Shown here: one piece after another, positions 61,125 to 64,000 of the stretch
Layout: each line of letters starts with the position of its first letter
Position numbering within the stretch: position 1 is the stretch's first letter
NCBI GenBank assembly: GCA_965603825.1
Contig: CBFDEM010000058.1
Span: 496,001 to 560,000 of the forward strand
DNA length: 64,000 nt
Source of the DNA: Blepharisma stoltei ATCC 30299
Lineage: Eukaryota > Protista > Ciliophora
Direction of reading: 5' to 3'
Program-made: the position numbers and the translations under genes
Notes under the pieces: model-generated
Database searches by the model: none
Seen by the model: only the letters and a program-made list of their open reading frames with translations
What the model was told of the DNA's origin: nothing

Positions 61125-64000
61125 ATGAATAGAGTAGAAACTGTAAAAATCGGAGAAAAAGTCTATCCAGTCAACGAAGTCAAAGCTCTTGCAGAGCAGC
61201 TTGGAATGGACTATGAAAATGAAGGCCCAAAATATGAAGATTTTTTAGCAAATGCTCTATATGCCTTATTACCAGTTGGCTGAAGACGTGAAAGAGACCC
61301 ATCAGGTAGGATTTTATACCATAACGACTATACAAACGTGACTACAGAAATTCACCCACTTTTATACCAATTTCGCAGGGCCTTTCAAAAAATCTCAACT
61401 GATAAGCTGCCTTCTTCTTCATCTCCTCATCGCAAAGAGTCGAATTTTACAATAAAAAGGCAAGAAGCAAACTGTGAAGAAACTTTATGATCATCTCAAG
61501 TAGAATCAAATATGATCCGAGCTTTAGCTGAAAAAAATTTAATCGAACAAAAAAATGCAAGCACTCCTAATGAAATTGCATTAAAACAAGCTAACGAATT
61601 TTATGATATCATGATGGGAGATTGTGATGTTAAGCCTCCTGAAGCCATTGTTGATAGCATTGATTATCAACTTGTCAACCCTAAGCAAATGTATGAGAGA
61701 GCAAAACTCCTTGGAATTGATGATGATACAAATTTGTATTGAATTGCTAGGCTTTCACTAATGCTTCCGCTGCCACCGTTGTGGAAGGTGACTAAAGATG
61801 ATATTGGAAACGATCTTTATATGAACATCGAAGGAACCACGATGACTAAAACACACCCAGGATCATTTTTTATATCAAAGTTAATTGCGAAAGCAAGGGT
61901 GAAGTCTTCAAGTGAAAAAGCATCTTCAATGGTTTTTCATGATAAAAAAAGCAGAAAATATATAGTGAATTTAAATAAATTGCAAAACGGAGAAGATATA
62001 ATTAGCTATCAGGCTGAAAACTCTTCACCAAAATTTCTTGCTCATATGAAATATTTCCAGCCTAGGATGTCAGTTCAGGAAGTACTGGATGATATTATGA
62101 TACTAGAAATTGCTCAGGACTCTGGAATCAATCTAGACAAAGAGCTGCATTTAATTGGACTTGTTTTTGATTTTATGGACAATATAAAGATACAAGGACT
62201 ATTCCACGGGTGGGAATTTCGATATACCATGCAAGGCCACAAATATTGATATCACGGGAAACAAAGGAGATCCTGCAAGTTTTTCCCTTACAAAGATTCA
62301 TTAGCTAAACACATAAGAGCAGCTAGGAAAGAAGCTATCTTAAGGTCTCGTGATAAAGTGTTAGCAATTCTAGATAGACATAAATTATTCTGACTCAAAG
62401 GCAAAGATTTTTTTTTGAAAATAAGGAAAGACGCACTTAATATCATAAATCTCTTAATAGCAAGAAACGTTGACCAAGAAAACCCAGAAGTGAATTACGA
62501 TTTACGTAGCATTTCTCAGAAATTAGAAAAAGCATTAACTGAAAATGAAATGTTGGATCTTTTATTTGCATCACCTTTTATTTTTGATATTGCAAAAATA
62601 GAAGAAGAGTTACCTAAACTTGAGATTGACTCAGATATAAGCTGGGTTACGAATTCTGAGACTTTTTCTGATATTTCGTTAGAAGATATAAACGAAGCAG
62701 AGGATCCTGCAGAAGCTGAAGAGGCAAGCAATTTCAGAAAAGAATGAATAGAAAGATCGAAAAAGCGAAAAAAAGAATTAAAAGCATTAAGAGCTTCTAA
62801 GGTTGGAAAAGCTCCAAGAAGCATGCAATCACCTTTAATAAGTGCCCCAGAGTCAATAAAATCTGATTACACAGAGCTTCAGCCAGAGCTAAGAAACATA
62901 ATGGACTTAGAAGATGAAGACGATGAAGAGTTAAGACGATTAACTGAAAGTTTGAATAGAAAAGTAGGAAAAATCGATAGTCAAATAATAAGTCCTGCCA
63001 GCTCAGTTACCTCTTTAAAAAAAGATTCCCCATCCAAGCTACTAGATTTACAAGTCCTTCTGAAGCCTGTTTTAGATCAGCCTGAAGAAAGTATCCAAGA
63101 AATTATTGAGGCAGATCAATCTCAAAGTACCGAACCCCATCCCACAAAAAGTTTTACCAAGAAAAATACACTGAAAAGGAAGATCACTCGAGACATTTCA
63201 AAAGATGAAATAAGTGAAAGAATTGAATCTCTAGAGAGCGTTGAAAGTGAAATTGATAATAAAGGCTCATCTCATGAGGAAAACAAATTTATATTGAAAA
63301 AGCATCGCTCCAAAACTTATAAGTTGAAGGTAAGTGTTCCCAAAAAAGATAAGAGAAGAGACAATAAATCTGCACATGACCCAAATAGCGTTGGAAATGA
63401 TTATAGTACTTCTCCTGGGCTTCAGCATATGTGAAACGAAGAAAAAGATGGAATCAGGAAAACAATCCAATATGTTGTAGAAATGAGAAGAAAAAGCAGC
63501 TTGACTCAGAATGGGTCCAATGATTCTTCTCCAGCTTTAAGGCAGCTTAGAACAGCAAGCATTGGAGATAGAGAAAGCCAAATTTCTTTTTATTCATCAT
63601 CAGAAAACCAAAAAAATCCATTAGAAGAGCTTATTCAATATAAGAAATCAAAAAATGAAGCTGCAAATATTTTGAATGAGCAGGAAGGAAAAAGTTCTTC
63701 TGATAGATTGTCAGAAAACCTCTCAATTCCAACAAAATCGATTGCTAGCTCTATCAGAGAGGAGAAAACTGTTAAATATGAAAATTCTTCAAGCAAACTT
63801 GATGCTTCAAAAGAATCAGAAAAGAGCAGAATCGATATTAAAGATACGTCTAAGCTAAAAGTACATAGAAGAAATTCAGCAGAAATGAGTGAATCTGAAA
63901 TTTCTAAAAATAAATTTTATGAAGAAACAAATAAAACAAATGAAAGTGGGCTTTCTAACCAACATGTTGTAAATGAAAGTGAGGTGGATACATGAAACTA
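61125..64000 (+). CDS. CEP164-like protein with repeated helical+WW modules (3' end runs off the window)
   Basis: ATG 61125; ALAEQLGMD..LLPVGW..ILYHND..HP; AKLLGIDD..LYWIARLSLMLPLPPLW..YMN..HP; third degenerate copy; then a long S/E/K-rich tail, all one frame. Confidence 0.75.

Noticed and set aside
1-64000. rRNA, tRNA, CRISPR arrays, transposase/RT genes, prokaryotic defence systems
   Set aside because: None recognised; the sequence is eukaryotic and shows no repeat-spacer periodicity, cloverleaf, or DDE/RT motifs by eye.

Overview
AT-rich, gene-dense eukaryotic DNA that reads as a heterotrich ciliate macronuclear chromosome, most likely Blepharisma (inference). Two properties explain why the supplied ORF track looks fragmented. 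First, TGA encodes Trp: it sits at invariant Trp positions in the Myb repeats, the Rab WDTAGQE motif, RING-H2, GCN5 and WW domains, and every gene I could close ends in TAA/TAG. Second, introns are 15-16 nt, GTA...AG, with an A at position 10. Re-translated this way the window holds about 31 protein genes. These include a voltage-sensor/adenylyl-cyclase fusion, a 3R-Myb, a divergent ubiquitin-like/eS31 fusion, a PLC X-domain protein, a Rab, a CBM25-like/sucrose-phosphatase-like HAD fusion, a PDI-like thioredoxin with a mitochondrial-type leader, DRS1/DDX27, an EGF+RING-H2 membrane ligase, a TauE transporter and a TRP-like channel. The rest are three tandem ~1400-aa multi-TM PAS (TmcB-like) paralogs, succinyl-CoA ligase beta, GCN5, a WD40 protein, a multi-GAF/PAS phosphodiesterase, a small Tim, capping protein beta, calcineurin A and a CEP164-like triple-WW protein. 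The most interesting leads are the PAS-receptor triplet, which keeps a FixL-like PxPxxxxH motif and has no visible output domain, and the frame-preserving tiny introns that gate functional motifs. The CBM-HAD fusion and the lysine-free ubiquitin-like leader are also worth checking. No rRNA, tRNA, CRISPR array or intact transposon was recognised. All domain calls are by eye; no searches were run.
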